From Flavobacteriaceae bacterium (GTDB lineage Bacteria > Bacteroidota > Bacteroidia > Flavobacteriales > Flavobacteriaceae): a stretch of 64,000 bases of DNA. Both the position numbers and the translations under genes were made by a program. Location: the NCBI GenBank assembly GCA_049439205.1, contig JBMTKF010000003.1, positions 4,512 through 68,511 on the forward strand, given 5' to 3'. This document shows, piece after piece, positions 41,838 through 53,357 of this stretch. The notes under the pieces are model-generated. The model searched no databases and was not told where the DNA came from. It saw only the letters and a program-made list of their open reading frames with translations. Position 1 is the first letter of the stretch, and each line of letters begins with the position of its first letter.

Positions 41838-43466
41838 ATGAGTAATGTTTTAATCCAATCCGACATTAAGCACATCAAAGCTAGTCACATACCCGAGGAG
41901 TACAAACCTCGATTGACCAATTTCAATCAGTATCTTATTGATGGGGAATTGAAAACTTGGAATGGTAATATGACAGATGTTTTTTCGACCATTAGAACAG
42001 AGAATCAGAATGGTGAAATGGCTCCCACGCTTTTGGGTTCTGTACCCGATATGGAATCTGAATCCGCTTTAAAAGCACTTGAATCTGCTAAAAAAGCTTT
42101 TGACAGGGGAAAAGGACAGTGGCCTACCATGCGGGTTAGAGAGCGGTTGAATTGTCTCGAACGTTTTGCTGATAAAATGAAGCTCCACCGAGAGGAGGTT
42201 GTTAAGCTATTGATGTGGGAAATTGGTAAAACACTTGCAGATTCTCAAAAAGAGTTTGATCGAACAGTTGATTACATTTACGATACTATTGAAGCATATA
42301 AAAAATTGGACCAAAAGAGTGCCAAGTTCGAAAAAGAAGGCGGCATTTACGCCCACATTAGAAGAAGCCCATTAGGAGTGGTCTTGTGTTTAGGGCCGTA
42401 TAATTACCCCTTAAACGAAACCTTTTGTTTGTTGATCCCTGCCATTGTAATGGGTAATACCGCCATATTTAAACCTGCAAAGCACGGTGTGCTTCTGATA
42501 ACCCCCCTCTTAGAAGCTTTTCAGGAATGTTTTCCTCCAGGCGTAGTAAACATTCTCTTTGGTCGAGGTAGAAAAATTGCACAGCCAATTATGAAAACCG
42601 GCCATGTTGATGTTTTGGCATTGATTGGTCACAGTTCGTCAGCGGTATCCCTACAAGACGAACACCCCAACAAAAATAGACTTCGATTGGTATTAGGTCT
42701 TGAGGCCAAAAACCCTGGTGTTATTTTACCAGATGCTGACTTAGATCATACTGTTAAAGAGTGTATTTCTGGAACACTGTCATACAATGGACAACGTTGC
42801 ACTGCCCTTAAGGTGCTGTATGTCCACGAGTCTATTGTCGATGAATTCAATAAGAAATTTTCCAAGGCCGTAGATAATTTAAATTTTGGTTTGCCATGGG
42901 ACAAGGATGTTTTTTTGACTCCACTCCCAGAACCCAATAAACCCCAATACATCAAAGATCTTATCGAGGATGCCTTATCTAAAGGTGCAAAAGTGATGAA
43001 TAAAAAGGGAGGACAGATGTCAGAAAATTATACTTATCCAGCAGTAATTTATCCTGTCAATGATACCATGGACCTCTATCATGAGGAGCAATTTGGACCA
43101 GTAATTCCCATCATTTCCTATAAAGACATTAATGAGCCTTTGGAGGCCATGTCCGTATCAGATTATGGTCAGCAGGTAAGTCTTTTTGGCAGAGACGTGC
43201 GAAAAATAGGACCGCTTATCGATATATTGGCCAACTTAGTTTGTCGTGTGAATCTTAATAGCGCATGCCAAAGAGGACCCGACGTTTACCCATTTACAGG
43301 CAGAAAAAATTCTGCTGTAAGCACATTGAGTGTTTATGATGCTTTAAGGTCTTTTTCGATAAGAACATTTGTTGCATCTAAAGATAATCCTTACAATAAT
43401 GAAATTTTAGAAAGCCTTTTGAACTCTAACGAGTCCAATTTTGTTTCTTCTGATTACATATTATAA
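41838..43466 (+). CDS. NADP-dependent non-phosphorylating glyceraldehyde-3-phosphate dehydrogenase-like aldehyde dehydrogenase
   Basis: 542 aa ALDH superfamily. The catalytic Cys context [13 protein letters not shown] resembles the GapN SGQRCTA motif. Substrate not provable from sequence. Confidence 0.7.
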   Translation: MSNVLIQSDIKHIKASHIPEEYKPRLTNFNQYLIDGELKTWNGNMTDVFSTIRTENQNGEMAPTLLGSVPDMESESALKALESAKKAFDRGKGQWPTMRVRERLNCLERFADKMKLHREEVVKLLMWEIGKTLADSQKEFDRTVDYIYDTIEAYKKLDQKSAKFEKEGGIYAHIRRSPLGVVLCLGPYNYPLNETFCLLIPAIVMGNTAIFKPAKHGVLLITPLLEAFQECFPPGVVNILFGRGRKIAQPIMKTGHVDVLALIGHSSSAVSLQDEHPNKNRLRLVLGLEAKNPGVILPDADLDHTVKECISGTLSYNGQRCTALKVLYVHESIVDEFNKKFSKAVDNLNFGLPWDKDVFLTPLPEPNKPQYIKDLIEDALSKGAKVMNKKGGQMSENYTYPAVIYPVNDTMDLYHEEQFGPVIPIISYKDINEPLEAMSVSDYGQQVSLFGRDVRKIGPLIDILANLVCRVNLNSACQRGPDVYPFTGRKNSAVSTLSVYDALRSFSIRTFVASKDNPYNNEILESLLNSNESNFVSSDYIL

Positions 43467-43609
43467 TTCTTAATTTTTGTTTTTTTGGTTAAGTTTCATT
43501 CTTTCATAGCAAATGTGTTGTGAAGAATAGCTTAAATAGTATTGTAGCTTACAATCTAACCTGTACAATATCATTACTTTTCACATACAAATTTCAGATT
43601 AAAATTATC

Positions 43610-45688
43610 TCAATCAATATTTTTCCTTTGCCACTGCAGTTGTTTATCCATCTTATCGAACATGAGTAATTCTGCGTAAAATTGCCAATCAAAAGTATGT
43701 AATTGATTTGCTAAGTGATGATGATGATCCTGATCTAATATATAGTCATTAGGTTTATGAATTATTCTTGTTTTAGAATAAGTTTTCTCAACTTTATCTC
43801 TTAAGTTGTAAAAATCCAATTTAAGCTGCATGATTTTCGCTTTTTCGATCAGTCTTTCTTCATCGTTAGAGGCATAATCAAAACGTTTTAGGGCCAATAA
43901 AATTTTGGGTGTGAAACCTGCTATTTCGTTCACCCTTTGATAAACCTCAAGGGCATAAGAGTTCCTTTTGGCTAGCTTTTGCATTTGCTCGATTTTTTGA
44001 CCAATTTTGGTGCTGTTTTCTATCATTTTCTCTGCAATGGATAGACGTTCTTTATTTTTAATGGTCCATTGACCAGAGTTCCTGTCATCAGGGAGCTCGA
44101 TCAATCCATTTTCCTCGGGACTTTCCATTTCCTTCAGGTAGTTTCTTTTGTTGCCTTGGAGTAAAATATTTTTCCATTGACCAACCGATTCCTCCAGGGA
44201 ATCTATAAAAGCAAATTCTTTATCTGCCAATGCAAAAGAAAATTCTCTTTGGCGGAAGGCACTTTTGAGCTCGCTTTTGCTAAGTTGATCTCCCGACCAG
44301 GTATCGTTGGCAAAAGCGATGATTCCTCGGTGGTATAATTCAAAATGTGGGGAGTCGTCATCCCAAAGGGTCAATAACAGTCCGTTTAGGCCTGTTTCGA
44401 TAGAAGATAAAGCAAAAGAGCGAATGTTTTTCATATTGCTTTCCCTTTGAGGCATCAAAACCCATCTGGTTTGTCCGGCAGTAGCTCCCATAACTTTGAG
44501 TCCTTGATCTCGAAACCACTGCATGGTTTTCGTATTTCCATATGCCTCAGGTGTGTGATAATTCCAACGCATATAGATGCAGTTTTTTGGAAATTGGGGT
44601 AGAAATTCCTCCAAATTTTTCTGATTGACATTCCAAATGCTATCTACTTTTACTTTGGGCATTTCAGGGCGGAACATAGGGCGATATAGACCGGTTTGTT
44701 TTAGAGGCATATCATCCCAAAAAATGGGTATTCTGCCTTGTTTTTCAGCAAACTGGCAAACTTTATTTAACCAAATCAATTGTAGCTCAAGGGGAGTCTT
44801 TCCACTGTTTCTTCCGGTAGTTTTTACCTCGTCACCTCCCACATGGAGGTATTTTCCGTGGGGTAAGGCCTCTAATGCGTCAAGATACAGATCATACTGC
44901 ACTTTATAGGTTTCGGGATTGAGGGGATCAAAAGCCCAATCACTTTCAGGGTTATCTCTTAGAGATTTGTATTGTTCGTGCTTTAGAACAAATGAGGCAT
45001 GTCCCAACCCCTGAACCAAGGGGGAAATCGAAATATTTCGTTTGCGGGCATATTCACTTAATTTTTGCCATTGTTCAATTGTCAAAGCATCTGAAGAACC
45101 AACTAAAGGCTGTCTTTTATATTTTATTTTGTCTTCAACTTCAGCAATTATGGCATTGATCTTGTATTTTTTGAGTTTGTCAATCAGACTATAGTAATAA
45201 TCCAAAGTCTCTCTGTGGTGTTTAATGTCCAAGTGAATGGCACGGTAGGAGAGTAGGGGGTAGTCTTTGATATGACATAAAGGTAGTTTTACTCCTTGCT
45301 CTCCAGCATCCTCCATTAATTGTTCTAATGTTGCCAATCCATAGATCAGTCCTGCTTGATCTTTGGCGTTAATTTGAACTTGATCCACATTGATATCCAA
45401 TATATAACCTTCAGATTTTAGATCAAGTTCCGGATTAATGGAATATACTAATTGGGCTTGTTCTATAATGTTCGTGGCCTTTGCTTCCTCCAAAAAATCA
45501 CTTCCAGGAGGTAGGGTATTTGAGGTGGGGCTGTGGTGAAACTCAATATCAGATTTTTTGAGATCACTTTTTCCTTTGATTTCCCATTCCTGAGGTTGAG
45601 GTAAAATCTTGAAAACACCTTCACTATTATTGGGTTTACACGATAGGGAAAGGATTGAAATGAGAAGTATAAAATATCTTTTTTTCAT
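43610..45688 (-). CDS. Glycoside hydrolase family 20 beta-N-acetylhexosaminidase (lipoprotein) with a long helical C-terminal extension
   Basis: The ORF track starts at 45760, but the lipoprotein signal MKKRYFILLISILSLSCK starts at ATG 45688. GH20 catalytic HVGGDEV motif. Confidence 0.85.
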   Translation of the reverse strand: MKKRYFILLISILSLSCKPNNSEGVFKILPQPQEWEIKGKSDLKKSDIEFHHSPTSNTLPPGSDFLEEAKATNIIEQAQLVYSINPELDLKSEGYILDINVDQVQINAKDQAGLIYGLATLEQLMEDAGEQGVKLPLCHIKDYPLLSYRAIHLDIKHHRETLDYYYSLIDKLKKYKINAIIAEVEDKIKYKRQPLVGSSDALTIEQWQKLSEYARKRNISISPLVQGLGHASFVLKHEQYKSLRDNPESDWAFDPLNPETYKVQYDLYLDALEALPHGKYLHVGGDEVKTTGRNSGKTPLELQLIWLNKVCQFAEKQGRIPIFWDDMPLKQTGLYRPMFRPEMPKVKVDSIWNVNQKNLEEFLPQFPKNCIYMRWNYHTPEAYGNTKTMQWFRDQGLKVMGATAGQTRWVLMPQRESNMKNIRSFALSSIETGLNGLLLTLWDDDSPHFELYHRGIIAFANDTWSGDQLSKSELKSAFRQREFSFALADKEFAFIDSLEESVGQWKNILLQGNKRNYLKEMESPEENGLIELPDDRNSGQWTIKNKERLSIAEKMIENSTKIGQKIEQMQKLAKRNSYALEVYQRVNEIAGFTPKILLALKRFDYASNDEERLIEKAKIMQLKLDFYNLRDKVEKTYSKTRIIHKPNDYILDQDHHHHLANQLHTFDWQFYAELLMFDKMDKQLQWQRKNID

Positions 45689-45701
45689 TTTATCATATAT
45701 T

Positions 45702-47174
45702 TTAATCGGTTGTTTTTTCTTTGTGTGAGGATCGATAGAGCCCAAAATTGGAAATGGCAACCGTATTATTTGCTTTAGTAATTCTCAATCTTATTTTGCG
45801 AGTATTAACTGGAGGAATTCTAATAATCCTTTTATAACCAATGGTGGTTCCTTTAAAAATAGTTTCCCAACCATTACTTCCAATGACATCAATTTCGAAT
45901 CTACTGATGCGCTGTCCAAATCTAATGGGTTCTTGGATCATAATTCGATCAAAAATATTATTTTCATTCAAATCAATTTCAAGAATTGCTGGAAAAATAC
46001 CGTCGTCAGTAGCCCAATAAGTCATGGGATTTTCATCGAGGATATTTCTCGGGGCAAACTTAGGGTGTTTTTTACGAGTATTGTTTGCTGAAGCAATTTG
46101 ATCTTTTGCCAAGTCTGTTGCAAAAGATTCATCAATAATAGCTCTAAAATCAATAAGGGCTTGAACATCATTTTCGTGTATAATTCCTCTTTTATCAGGA
46201 GGAAGGTTTAGTAAAAGGAGGGAATTTCTCCCCACAGATTTGTAGTAAATATCTGCCAATTGTTGGGGTGTTTTGACCAAGCTGTCCTGATCGGCATGGT
46301 AGAACCAACCAGGACGTATCGAGACATCGCATTGCCCCACGATCCATTTTGTACCTTTTGGATCACCTGTATTGAGGTAATCTGTCTTTGAAGCGCCGAT
46401 GGTTAAACTGTCTGTGTTTATGGTGGACCAAAAAGTACTTCCTGCAAAGCCTTTTTCATTACCGATCCAGTGCACATCGGGGCCGGCATCGGAAAATATT
46501 TTAATGTTGGGTTGTAGATTTTTTACAAAGGCAATAATGTCTTCCCAACCATAGTAGGTTTCTCTATCGATTTTTCTAATCTCATTGGCACCACCATAAA
46601 AACCATCGCCACCATTGGCACCGTCAAACCATATCTCATTGATTTCTCCATATTGGGTCAGTAACTCTTCCAACTGATTTTTGTAATAGGTAATATAGGC
46701 CTTAGTACCATAGTCTTTGTGGTTACGATCCCAAGGGGAAAGGTAAAGTCCTGCCTTAAGGCTATATTTTTTACAGGCGGCTACAAATTCTCTTACCACA
46801 TCGCCATTCCCGTTTTTGTAGGGACTGTTTTTTACACTGTGTTCAGTGAATTGACTGGGCCAAAGGCAAAAACCATCGTGGTGTTTGGCAGTTAGGATTA
46901 ATTGTTTCATTCCCGCAGCTTGAGCTGTTTTTACCCATTGATCTACGTCCAATGCTAGGGGATTAAAAATTTCGGGACTTTCATCTCCATACCCCCATTC
47001 TTTGTCAGTAAATGTGTTGACCGTAAAGTGGATAAACCCGATCAATTCCATTTGCTGATAAGTGATCAATTTTTGGGAGGGTACTATGGTATTTGGAATT
47101 AAGTCAGGGGGAGTAATGGACTGGCATGCAAATAAAAATAGTGAAAGTCCTGCGATAATGTATTTAATATTCAT
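45702..47174 (-). CDS. Glycoside hydrolase family 29 alpha-L-fucosidase with C-terminal F5/8-type C (discoidin-like) domain
   Basis: 490 aa. AGMKQLILTAKHHDGFCLWPS and the EIWFDGA-type region are typical of GH29. Signal/lipoprotein N-terminus. Confidence 0.9.
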   Translation of the reverse strand: MNIKYIIAGLSLFLFACQSITPPDLIPNTIVPSQKLITYQQMELIGFIHFTVNTFTDKEWGYGDESPEIFNPLALDVDQWVKTAQAAGMKQLILTAKHHDGFCLWPSQFTEHSVKNSPYKNGNGDVVREFVAACKKYSLKAGLYLSPWDRNHKDYGTKAYITYYKNQLEELLTQYGEINEIWFDGANGGDGFYGGANEIRKIDRETYYGWEDIIAFVKNLQPNIKIFSDAGPDVHWIGNEKGFAGSTFWSTINTDSLTIGASKTDYLNTGDPKGTKWIVGQCDVSIRPGWFYHADQDSLVKTPQQLADIYYKSVGRNSLLLLNLPPDKRGIIHENDVQALIDFRAIIDESFATDLAKDQIASANNTRKKHPKFAPRNILDENPMTYWATDDGIFPAILEIDLNENNIFDRIMIQEPIRFGQRISRFEIDVIGSNGWETIFKGTTIGYKRIIRIPPVNTRKIRLRITKANNTVAISNFGLYRSSHKEKTTD

Positions 47175-47379
47175 TTTACTTTTATGCTACTATGTTTAAA
47201 TGAGGATCGAGCAGATCAAATGCATCAGATCAAAGTAATACACCCTTTAAATTAGTTGGTATAGTCGATATTTTTATCATCATGAAATTTTTATAATTTA
47301 TAATAATAACTGTGTTTATGGTTATTTCTAGCCAGTAGCAAGATTTGGCAATTCTAAATTAGAAAAAAAGGATAAATCA

Positions 47380-47402
47380 CAAAAATCCTCCAAATTGGAG
47401 GT
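47380..47402 (-). terminator. Putative terminator after leuB
   Basis: The minus strand reads aaCCTCCAatTTGGAGGatttttgtg, ~30 nt after the leuB stop. The stem is short and the T-run weak. Confidence 0.5.
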
Positions 47403-47428
47403 TAAAAATTTTATGTTTAAAAGATTGT

Positions 47429-48493
47429 CTATACGATCTTTGAAGTAAGGTAATCGCCAACCTCACTCGTTTTAAATGCTTTGGCACCCACTTCTACTAG
47501 GTCCTCGGTCACGATGCCTTCGACAAGGGATTGATCGACTACCTTACGGATCAAAGCACCTTCCTGTTGCAATCCAAATGACATTTCAAACATCATGGCT
47601 GCAGAAAGTACAGTGGCAAGTGGATTGGCGATATTCTTTCCGGCAGCTTGTGGGAAAGAACCGTGAATTGGTTCATATAGACCGATATCAGCACCAACAG
47701 AGGCTGAGGGCATTAAGCCCATAGATCCAGATATAACCGATGCTTCATCGGTTAGTATGTCTCCAAAAAGATTTTCGGTGATCAACACGTCATAACTGTT
47801 AGGCCATTGTACCAACCGCATGGCCACAGCATCTACAAATTCGTAAGCAACCTCCACATCGGGATAATCATTTTCCATGGCCTGAACAGTTTCGCGCCAT
47901 AGACGTGAGCTTTCCAGTACATTGGCTTTGTCCACACAACATAATTTTTTTCTTCGGGTCATGGCGAGGTCAAATCCTTTTTTGGCCAGTCTTTCGATTT
48001 CTCTACGAGTATAGGTACAAGTATCAAAGGCGGTATGACCATTGTCTTTACGTCCTCTTTCTCCAAAATAGATTCCACCTGTGAGTTCTCTTAAGAACAA
48101 CAAGTCAGTACCTTCAATACGTTCTCTTTTTAACGGGGATTTATCTATAAGAGACGGAAAGGTAAATGTAGGACGAACATTGGCAAATAAACCAAGCATT
48201 TGACGCATCTTAAGTAGACCTTGTTCGGGTCTGACTTTTGCCGAGGGATCATTGTCAAATCGAGGGTGACCAATGGCGCCAAATAACACGGCATCGGAAC
48301 TGACACAAATTTGATGCGTCTCATCGGGATAGGGTTCACCAACAGCTTCGATAGCTGCCGCTCCAGTCAGAGCCGGTAACCAAATGATGTCGTGATTGAA
48401 CTTTTTTGCGATGGCGTCGCAGACTTTTACGGCTTGGTCAATAACTTCTGGACCAATGCCGTCACCGGCCAACAAGGCGATTTTTAATTGCAT
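47429..48493 (-). CDS. leuB: 3-isopropylmalate dehydrogenase
   Basis: 354 aa. Signature NLFGDILTDEAS. Its start overlaps the upstream stop (TAATG). Confidence 0.97.
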   Translation of the reverse strand: MQLKIALLAGDGIGPEVIDQAVKVCDAIAKKFNHDIIWLPALTGAAAIEAVGEPYPDETHQICVSSDAVLFGAIGHPRFDNDPSAKVRPEQGLLKMRQMLGLFANVRPTFTFPSLIDKSPLKRERIEGTDLLFLRELTGGIYFGERGRKDNGHTAFDTCTYTRREIERLAKKGFDLAMTRRKKLCCVDKANVLESSRLWRETVQAMENDYPDVEVAYEFVDAVAMRLVQWPNSYDVLITENLFGDILTDEASVISGSMGLMPSASVGADIGLYEPIHGSFPQAAGKNIANPLATVLSAAMMFEMSFGLQQEGALIRKVVDQSLVEGIVTEDLVEVGAKAFKTSEVGDYLTSKIV

Positions 48494-50013
48494 TATCTAG
48501 ATATGATGTTTAACATTTTTTCTGTGGCTTTTATAGCCGAAACAGTTTGATCGGAGTCTAAACCACGGGTGATAAATTCTTTACCACCATTTTTCCATGT
48601 GATCAAGGTTTCGCACAAGGCATCGGAATTGCTTCCAGGAGGAATGCGAACAGCATAGTCTGTTAACATTGGAAGGGTCATTTTTTTCTTTTGATATATT
48701 TTTTTGATCGCATTCATAAAGGCATCAAACTGTCCGTCACCCGAAGCACTTTCCTCCAAAATATCTCCATCTATATTTATGGAAACCACAGTACTGGGGT
48801 GTAAACCCTTAGAGTGGGTAAGTACATATGATTCAACTTTAACTTTTTGTTCTGTATCACTTTTTAGTACATCGGAGATAATATAAGGTAAATCCTCGGT
48901 GGTAACGATTTCTTTTTTGTCCCCCAATTCAATGATACGTTGAGTAACTTTTTTTATTTCCTGATCGTTAAGGGTAACCCCTAGTTTCTGAAGATTTTTT
49001 TGGATATTGGCTTTTCCAGAAGTTTTACCCAAAGCATACTCTCGAGTTCTTCCGAAACGCTCTGGTAATAGGTCATTGAAATATAGGTTTTTCTTTTTGT
49101 CTCCGTCAGCATGAATCCCTGCAGTTTGCGTAAATACGTTTTGTCCAACTACAGGTTTATTTGCAGGAATTCTAAACCCGGTAAAAGTAGCTACAAGTTT
49201 ACTGACTCTATACAATGAGGATTCGTTGATATTTATTTTAATCTCTGGCATAAAATCTTTAATTGCGGCTACCGTGCTTGCCATGGGTGTGTTTCCTGCG
49301 CGTTCTCCCATACCATTTACTGTTAGGTGTATACCATGACAACCTGCTCTCACTGCTTCCAAAGCATTTGCAACACTTAAATCGTAATCGTTGTGTCCAT
49401 GAAAATCAAAATGGATTTTAGGATGATTTTGAATCATCTCAGAGATGAATGAAGACGTTTCGTAATAAGTCATTACACCGAGTGTATCAGGTAAAAGAAC
49501 CCGTTTGATGGGTAGGGTGGCTACAAAATTCAAAAAATCTTTTACATAATCCGGAGAATTCCGCATTCCATTACTCCAGTCCTCTAAATAGATATTGGTA
49601 ATAATTCCCTCAGCTTTCGCTTCGAAGACATTTTTTTCAATGTCCTTAAAGTGTTGGTCGGGAGTTTTTTTAAGTTGGTGTTTCAGATGGTTGAGAGATC
49701 CTTTAGTAAGAAGGTTTTGTACTTTTGCATTTGCCAAATTCATCCAATCAATTGAGGCACCATCATCAACAAAGGTAAGTATCTCGATCCTTTGATTTTG
49801 ACCAACCTCTTGGGCCCATTGGGTGATTTCTTTTACGGCATTGAGTTCACCCTCTGAAACCCGAGCTGAAGCAACTTCGATACGATCTACATTGAGGTCT
49901 TCTAACAATAGCTTAGAAAGAGTCAATTTTTCAGCAACCGAAAAAGATACACCGGAGGTTTGTTCCCCGTCTCGCAGGGTGGTATCCATGATCTCAATGG
50001 TTCTTTTTTTCAT
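48493..50013 (-). CDS. 2-isopropylmalate/(R)-citramalate synthase paralog with C-terminal LeuA-dimer regulatory domain (CimA-like)
   Basis: The ORF track starts at TTG 50031; the first ATG is 50013 ([18 protein letters not shown]). HMGL-like catalytic domain (HGHNDYDL). The C-terminal region with SGDGQFDAFMNAI is typical of the LeuA/CimA regulatory domain. Confidence 0.8.
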   Translation of the reverse strand: MKKRTIEIMDTTLRDGEQTSGVSFSVAEKLTLSKLLLEDLNVDRIEVASARVSEGELNAVKEITQWAQEVGQNQRIEILTFVDDGASIDWMNLANAKVQNLLTKGSLNHLKHQLKKTPDQHFKDIEKNVFEAKAEGIITNIYLEDWSNGMRNSPDYVKDFLNFVATLPIKRVLLPDTLGVMTYYETSSFISEMIQNHPKIHFDFHGHNDYDLSVANALEAVRAGCHGIHLTVNGMGERAGNTPMASTVAAIKDFMPEIKININESSLYRVSKLVATFTGFRIPANKPVVGQNVFTQTAGIHADGDKKKNLYFNDLLPERFGRTREYALGKTSGKANIQKNLQKLGVTLNDQEIKKVTQRIIELGDKKEIVTTEDLPYIISDVLKSDTEQKVKVESYVLTHSKGLHPSTVVSINIDGDILEESASGDGQFDAFMNAIKKIYQKKKMTLPMLTDYAVRIPPGSNSDALCETLITWKNGGKEFITRGLDSDQTVSAIKATEKMLNIISR

Positions 50014-50037
50014 TACTTTTTGTGCAAACAAATGATA

Positions 50038-50634
50038 CTATAGAGGACTGTCTTTAGCAAATTCTTTTATATCCTTTTTGATATTCAAAAGATAGTCAAT
50101 ATCATCAAAACCATTGGTCATGTTTTCCTTTTTGTAGGGATTTATCTCAAAAGCTTCCGAACTGCCTGTTTTGTCAATAATTACTTTTTGATTTGGAAGA
50201 TCTACAGTGAGGGTACTTTTGGGATTCTCATCAATGGCAGCGAAAATATTTTCTAAAAATTCTGGACTGATCTGAACAGGCAATACACCGATATTCAAAC
50301 AATTATTTCTAAAAATATCAGCAAAAAAACTTGAGATAACGCAGCGGAATCCATAATCATATATCGCCCAGGCTGCATGTTCTCTTGAAGAACCTGAACC
50401 AAAGTTTTTAGCTCCTACAAGTATTTTACCACTATAGGTAGGGTTGTTAAGAACAAAATCCTCTTTGGGGGTATCATCGTTATTGTAACGCCAGTCTCTA
50501 AAAAGATTTTCACCAAAACCAATCCTTTCGGTGGCTTTTAAAAATCGTGCAGGGATTATCTGATCCGTATCCACATTTTCGATGGGAAGGGGTACGGCTG
50601 TAGAATTGAGAATATCAAATTTATCGTATGCCAT
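50038..50634 (-). CDS. leuD: 3-isopropylmalate dehydratase small subunit
   Basis: 198 aa. GKILVGAKNFGSGSSREHA motif. Confidence 0.95.
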   Translation of the reverse strand: MAYDKFDILNSTAVPLPIENVDTDQIIPARFLKATERIGFGENLFRDWRYNNDDTPKEDFVLNNPTYSGKILVGAKNFGSGSSREHAAWAIYDYGFRCVISSFFADIFRNNCLNIGVLPVQISPEFLENIFAAIDENPKSTLTVDLPNQKVIIDKTGSSEAFEINPYKKENMTNGFDDIDYLLNIKKDIKEFAKDSPL

Positions 50635-52034
50635 TAGGAATTAATTAGGGTTCTTGGATCGGTTACTTTTCCTGTTACCGCTGCAGCGGCAGCCATGATT
50701 GGACTTGCTAGTAAAGTTCTAGAGCCTGGGCCTTGTCGTCCTTCAAAATTTCGATTGGAGGTACTTACTGCATATTTCCCCTGAGGAACTTTGTCGTCGT
50801 TCATGGCCAAACAGGCCGAACAACCCGGTTCACGAAGTTTAAAACCTGAAGCATGAAGAATATCTAATAGACCTTCTTCTTTAATGGCTTTTTCCACTTT
50901 GTGGGATCCGGGAACCAACCAAGCAGTCACATGTTCTGCTTTTTTTCGCCCCTTTACAATTTCAGTAAATGCGCGAAAATCTTCAATTCTCCCATTTGTA
51001 CAACTACCGATAAAAACAAAATCAATGTCCTTTCCGATCATACTTTCACCCTCTTTATAACCCATATAGTCTAGCGATTTTTGATATGTGGAAGCACCAC
51101 CATCTATGGAATCGGCCGTGGGGATGTTTTTGGAGATGCCCATTCCCATTCCAGGATTCGTCCCAAAGGTGATCATGGGTTCTATTTCGTTTCCATCAAA
51201 GAAAAACTCTTTGTCAAAATACGCCCCATCATCGGTGTAGAGTTCTTGCCAGTAGTCCATAGCTTTGTCCCATGCAGATCCTTTGGGAGTGAACTCTCGG
51301 TTTTTGATGTAGTGAAAGGTCTTTTTATCAGGAGCGATCATACCACCTCTAGCTCCCATTTCGATGCTGAGGTTACAAACCGTCATTCTGCCCTCCATGG
51401 TCATGTTTTTAAATACCTCTCCTGCATATTCTACAAAGTGACCCGTTGCTCCAGAGGTAGTCAATTTGGAAATTATAAAAAGAGCCACATCTTTTGGAGT
51501 AACTCCTTTCTGTAGGGCTCCGTTGATGTTAATTCTCATTTTTTTTGGTTTCGGCTGCAAGATACATTGAGTAGAAAGGACCATCTCAACTTCCGAAGTT
51601 CCAATTCCAAAGGCGATGGCACCAAAAGCACCATGAGTAGAAGTGTGGGAGTCTCCACAAACGATTGTTGCACCAGGAAGAGTGATTCCATATTCTGGTC
51701 CTACTACATGAACAATCCCGTTTTTTTCATGTCCCAACCCCCAATAAGAAATGCCATGTTCTGCAGCATTTTTTTCTAAGGCATCCAACTGTTTGGCCGA
51801 AAGAGGATCTTTTACAGGAAGGTGTTGATTGACAGTGGGTGTATTGTGGTCGGCGGTTGCAAAAGTGCGTTCGGGGTACATTACATTTATGTTTCGATTT
51901 TTAAGGCCTAGAAAGGCTACTGGGCTAGTGACCTCATGTACCATGTGACGATCTATGAACAATACATCCGGACCTTGGTCAATTTGTTGAACCACATGCT
52001 TGTCCCAAACTTTATCAAAAAGTGTTTTTTTCAT
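50634..52034 (-). CDS. leuC: 3-isopropylmalate dehydratase large subunit
   Basis: The ORF track starts at 52124, overlapping leuA; the conserved N-terminus [15 protein letters not shown] starts at ATG 52034. Aconitase-family motifs [13 protein letters not shown] and GSCTNGR. Confidence 0.95.
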   Translation of the reverse strand: MKKTLFDKVWDKHVVQQIDQGPDVLFIDRHMVHEVTSPVAFLGLKNRNINVMYPERTFATADHNTPTVNQHLPVKDPLSAKQLDALEKNAAEHGISYWGLGHEKNGIVHVVGPEYGITLPGATIVCGDSHTSTHGAFGAIAFGIGTSEVEMVLSTQCILQPKPKKMRININGALQKGVTPKDVALFIISKLTTSGATGHFVEYAGEVFKNMTMEGRMTVCNLSIEMGARGGMIAPDKKTFHYIKNREFTPKGSAWDKAMDYWQELYTDDGAYFDKEFFFDGNEIEPMITFGTNPGMGMGISKNIPTADSIDGGASTYQKSLDYMGYKEGESMIGKDIDFVFIGSCTNGRIEDFRAFTEIVKGRKKAEHVTAWLVPGSHKVEKAIKEEGLLDILHASGFKLREPGCSACLAMNDDKVPQGKYAVSTSNRNFEGRQGPGSRTLLASPIMAAAAAVTGKVTDPRTLINS

Positions 52035-52056
52035 TATAATATAAAAATAAGGGTTT

Positions 52057-53211
52057 TTATAATCCGCAGGTTTTGATAATTTTAGGAATATCATTATCAC
52101 TGACTTCCTTTTGTTGATCTGCAACTTTTAAAAATTCTTTATAAACTTTATCCAATTGAAGTTTGTCCAGTTCAAACCCAATATTTTTGGCACGATAAGC
52201 CAGGGCAGCGCGGCCACTTCTTGCCGTCAAAACAATGGCAGATTCAGTGACACCCACATCATGGGGATCCATGATTTCATAAGTTTCTCGTTTTTTGATT
52301 ACACCGTCTTGATGTATGCCGGAACTATGTGCAAAAGCATTGGCTCCAACAACGGCTTTATTAGGTTGTACAGGCATGCCCATACTTTCTGATACCAATT
52401 GACTGGTAGAATATAGCAGCCTTGAATTTATGTTTGTGTCCAAGTTTAAATCTGGGTGCTGGCGCATGATCATAACGACCTCCTCCAAAGAGGTATTACC
52501 TGCTCTTTCGCCTATGCCATTGATAGTACACTCTATTTGCCTTGCGCCATTAATAACCCCCGAGATAGAGTTAGCGGTAGCTAATCCAAGATCATTGTGA
52601 CAGTGGCACGAAAGAATTGCTTTGTCAATTCCAGTAACATTTTCCTTTAAATATTTGATTTTTGCACCATACTCATCTGGTAAACAATAACCTGTGGTGT
52701 CGGGGATATTAAGTACAGTGGCTCCGGCTTTGATAACTGCCTCACAAACTTTAGCCAAAAATTCGTTATCTGTTCTGCCGGCATCTTCGGCATAGAATTC
52801 AACATCCTCAACAAAACCTTTGGCATAACTCACTGCTGCCACAGCCCGCTCTATGATATCGTCTCTGTTGGAGTTAAACTTATATTTAATATGAGAATCG
52901 GAGGTGCCTATGCCAGTATGGATTCTTGATTTTTTTGCATCTTTTAGAGCCTCTGCAGCCACTTCTATGTCTTTTTTAACAGCACGAGTTAGGCCGCATA
53001 CCCTTGTATTTTTAACAAGTTGAGCAATTTTTACGACCGAATCGAAATCACCCGGACTTGATATGGGAAATCCTGCCTCCAAAACATCTACACCCAATTC
53101 ATCTAAACGTTCAGCAATGATCAGCTTGTTGGGAGTGTTTAATTTGCAACCTGGAACTTGTTCCCCATCTCGTAAAGTAGTGTCAAATATTTGTACTGAT
53201 TCCTTGGTCAT
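52057..53211 (-). CDS. leuA: 2-isopropylmalate synthase, short form lacking the C-terminal regulatory domain
   Basis: 384 aa. [23 protein letters not shown] and HCHNDLGLA closely follow the LeuA catalytic domain. It ends ~130 aa short of E. coli-type LeuA. Confidence 0.85.
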   Translation of the reverse strand: MTKESVQIFDTTLRDGEQVPGCKLNTPNKLIIAERLDELGVDVLEAGFPISSPGDFDSVVKIAQLVKNTRVCGLTRAVKKDIEVAAEALKDAKKSRIHTGIGTSDSHIKYKFNSNRDDIIERAVAAVSYAKGFVEDVEFYAEDAGRTDNEFLAKVCEAVIKAGATVLNIPDTTGYCLPDEYGAKIKYLKENVTGIDKAILSCHCHNDLGLATANSISGVINGARQIECTINGIGERAGNTSLEEVVMIMRQHPDLNLDTNINSRLLYSTSQLVSESMGMPVQPNKAVVGANAFAHSSGIHQDGVIKKRETYEIMDPHDVGVTESAIVLTARSGRAALAYRAKNIGFELDKLQLDKVYKEFLKVADQQKEVSDNDIPKIIKTCGL

Positions 53212-53298
53212 TACTAAGGATAGATTATAATCAATAACGAATGTAGTACGAAATGTGAAATACTTAAATTAATTGCTTAATTTTATTACAATATCCTC

Positions 53299-53306
53299 TA
53301 CCTTTG
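53299..53306 (+). promoter_or_regulatory. Candidate -7 promoter box (TACCTTTG) for the 522-aa hypothetical gene
   Basis: Exact TAnnTTTG 52 nt upstream of the ATG at 53358, in the divergent leuA/hypothetical intergenic region. Confidence 0.3.
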
Positions 53307-53357
53307 TTTTGGGTATAAATAGCTATATAACAACCTTTTAAATCATTTTTTGTTACA

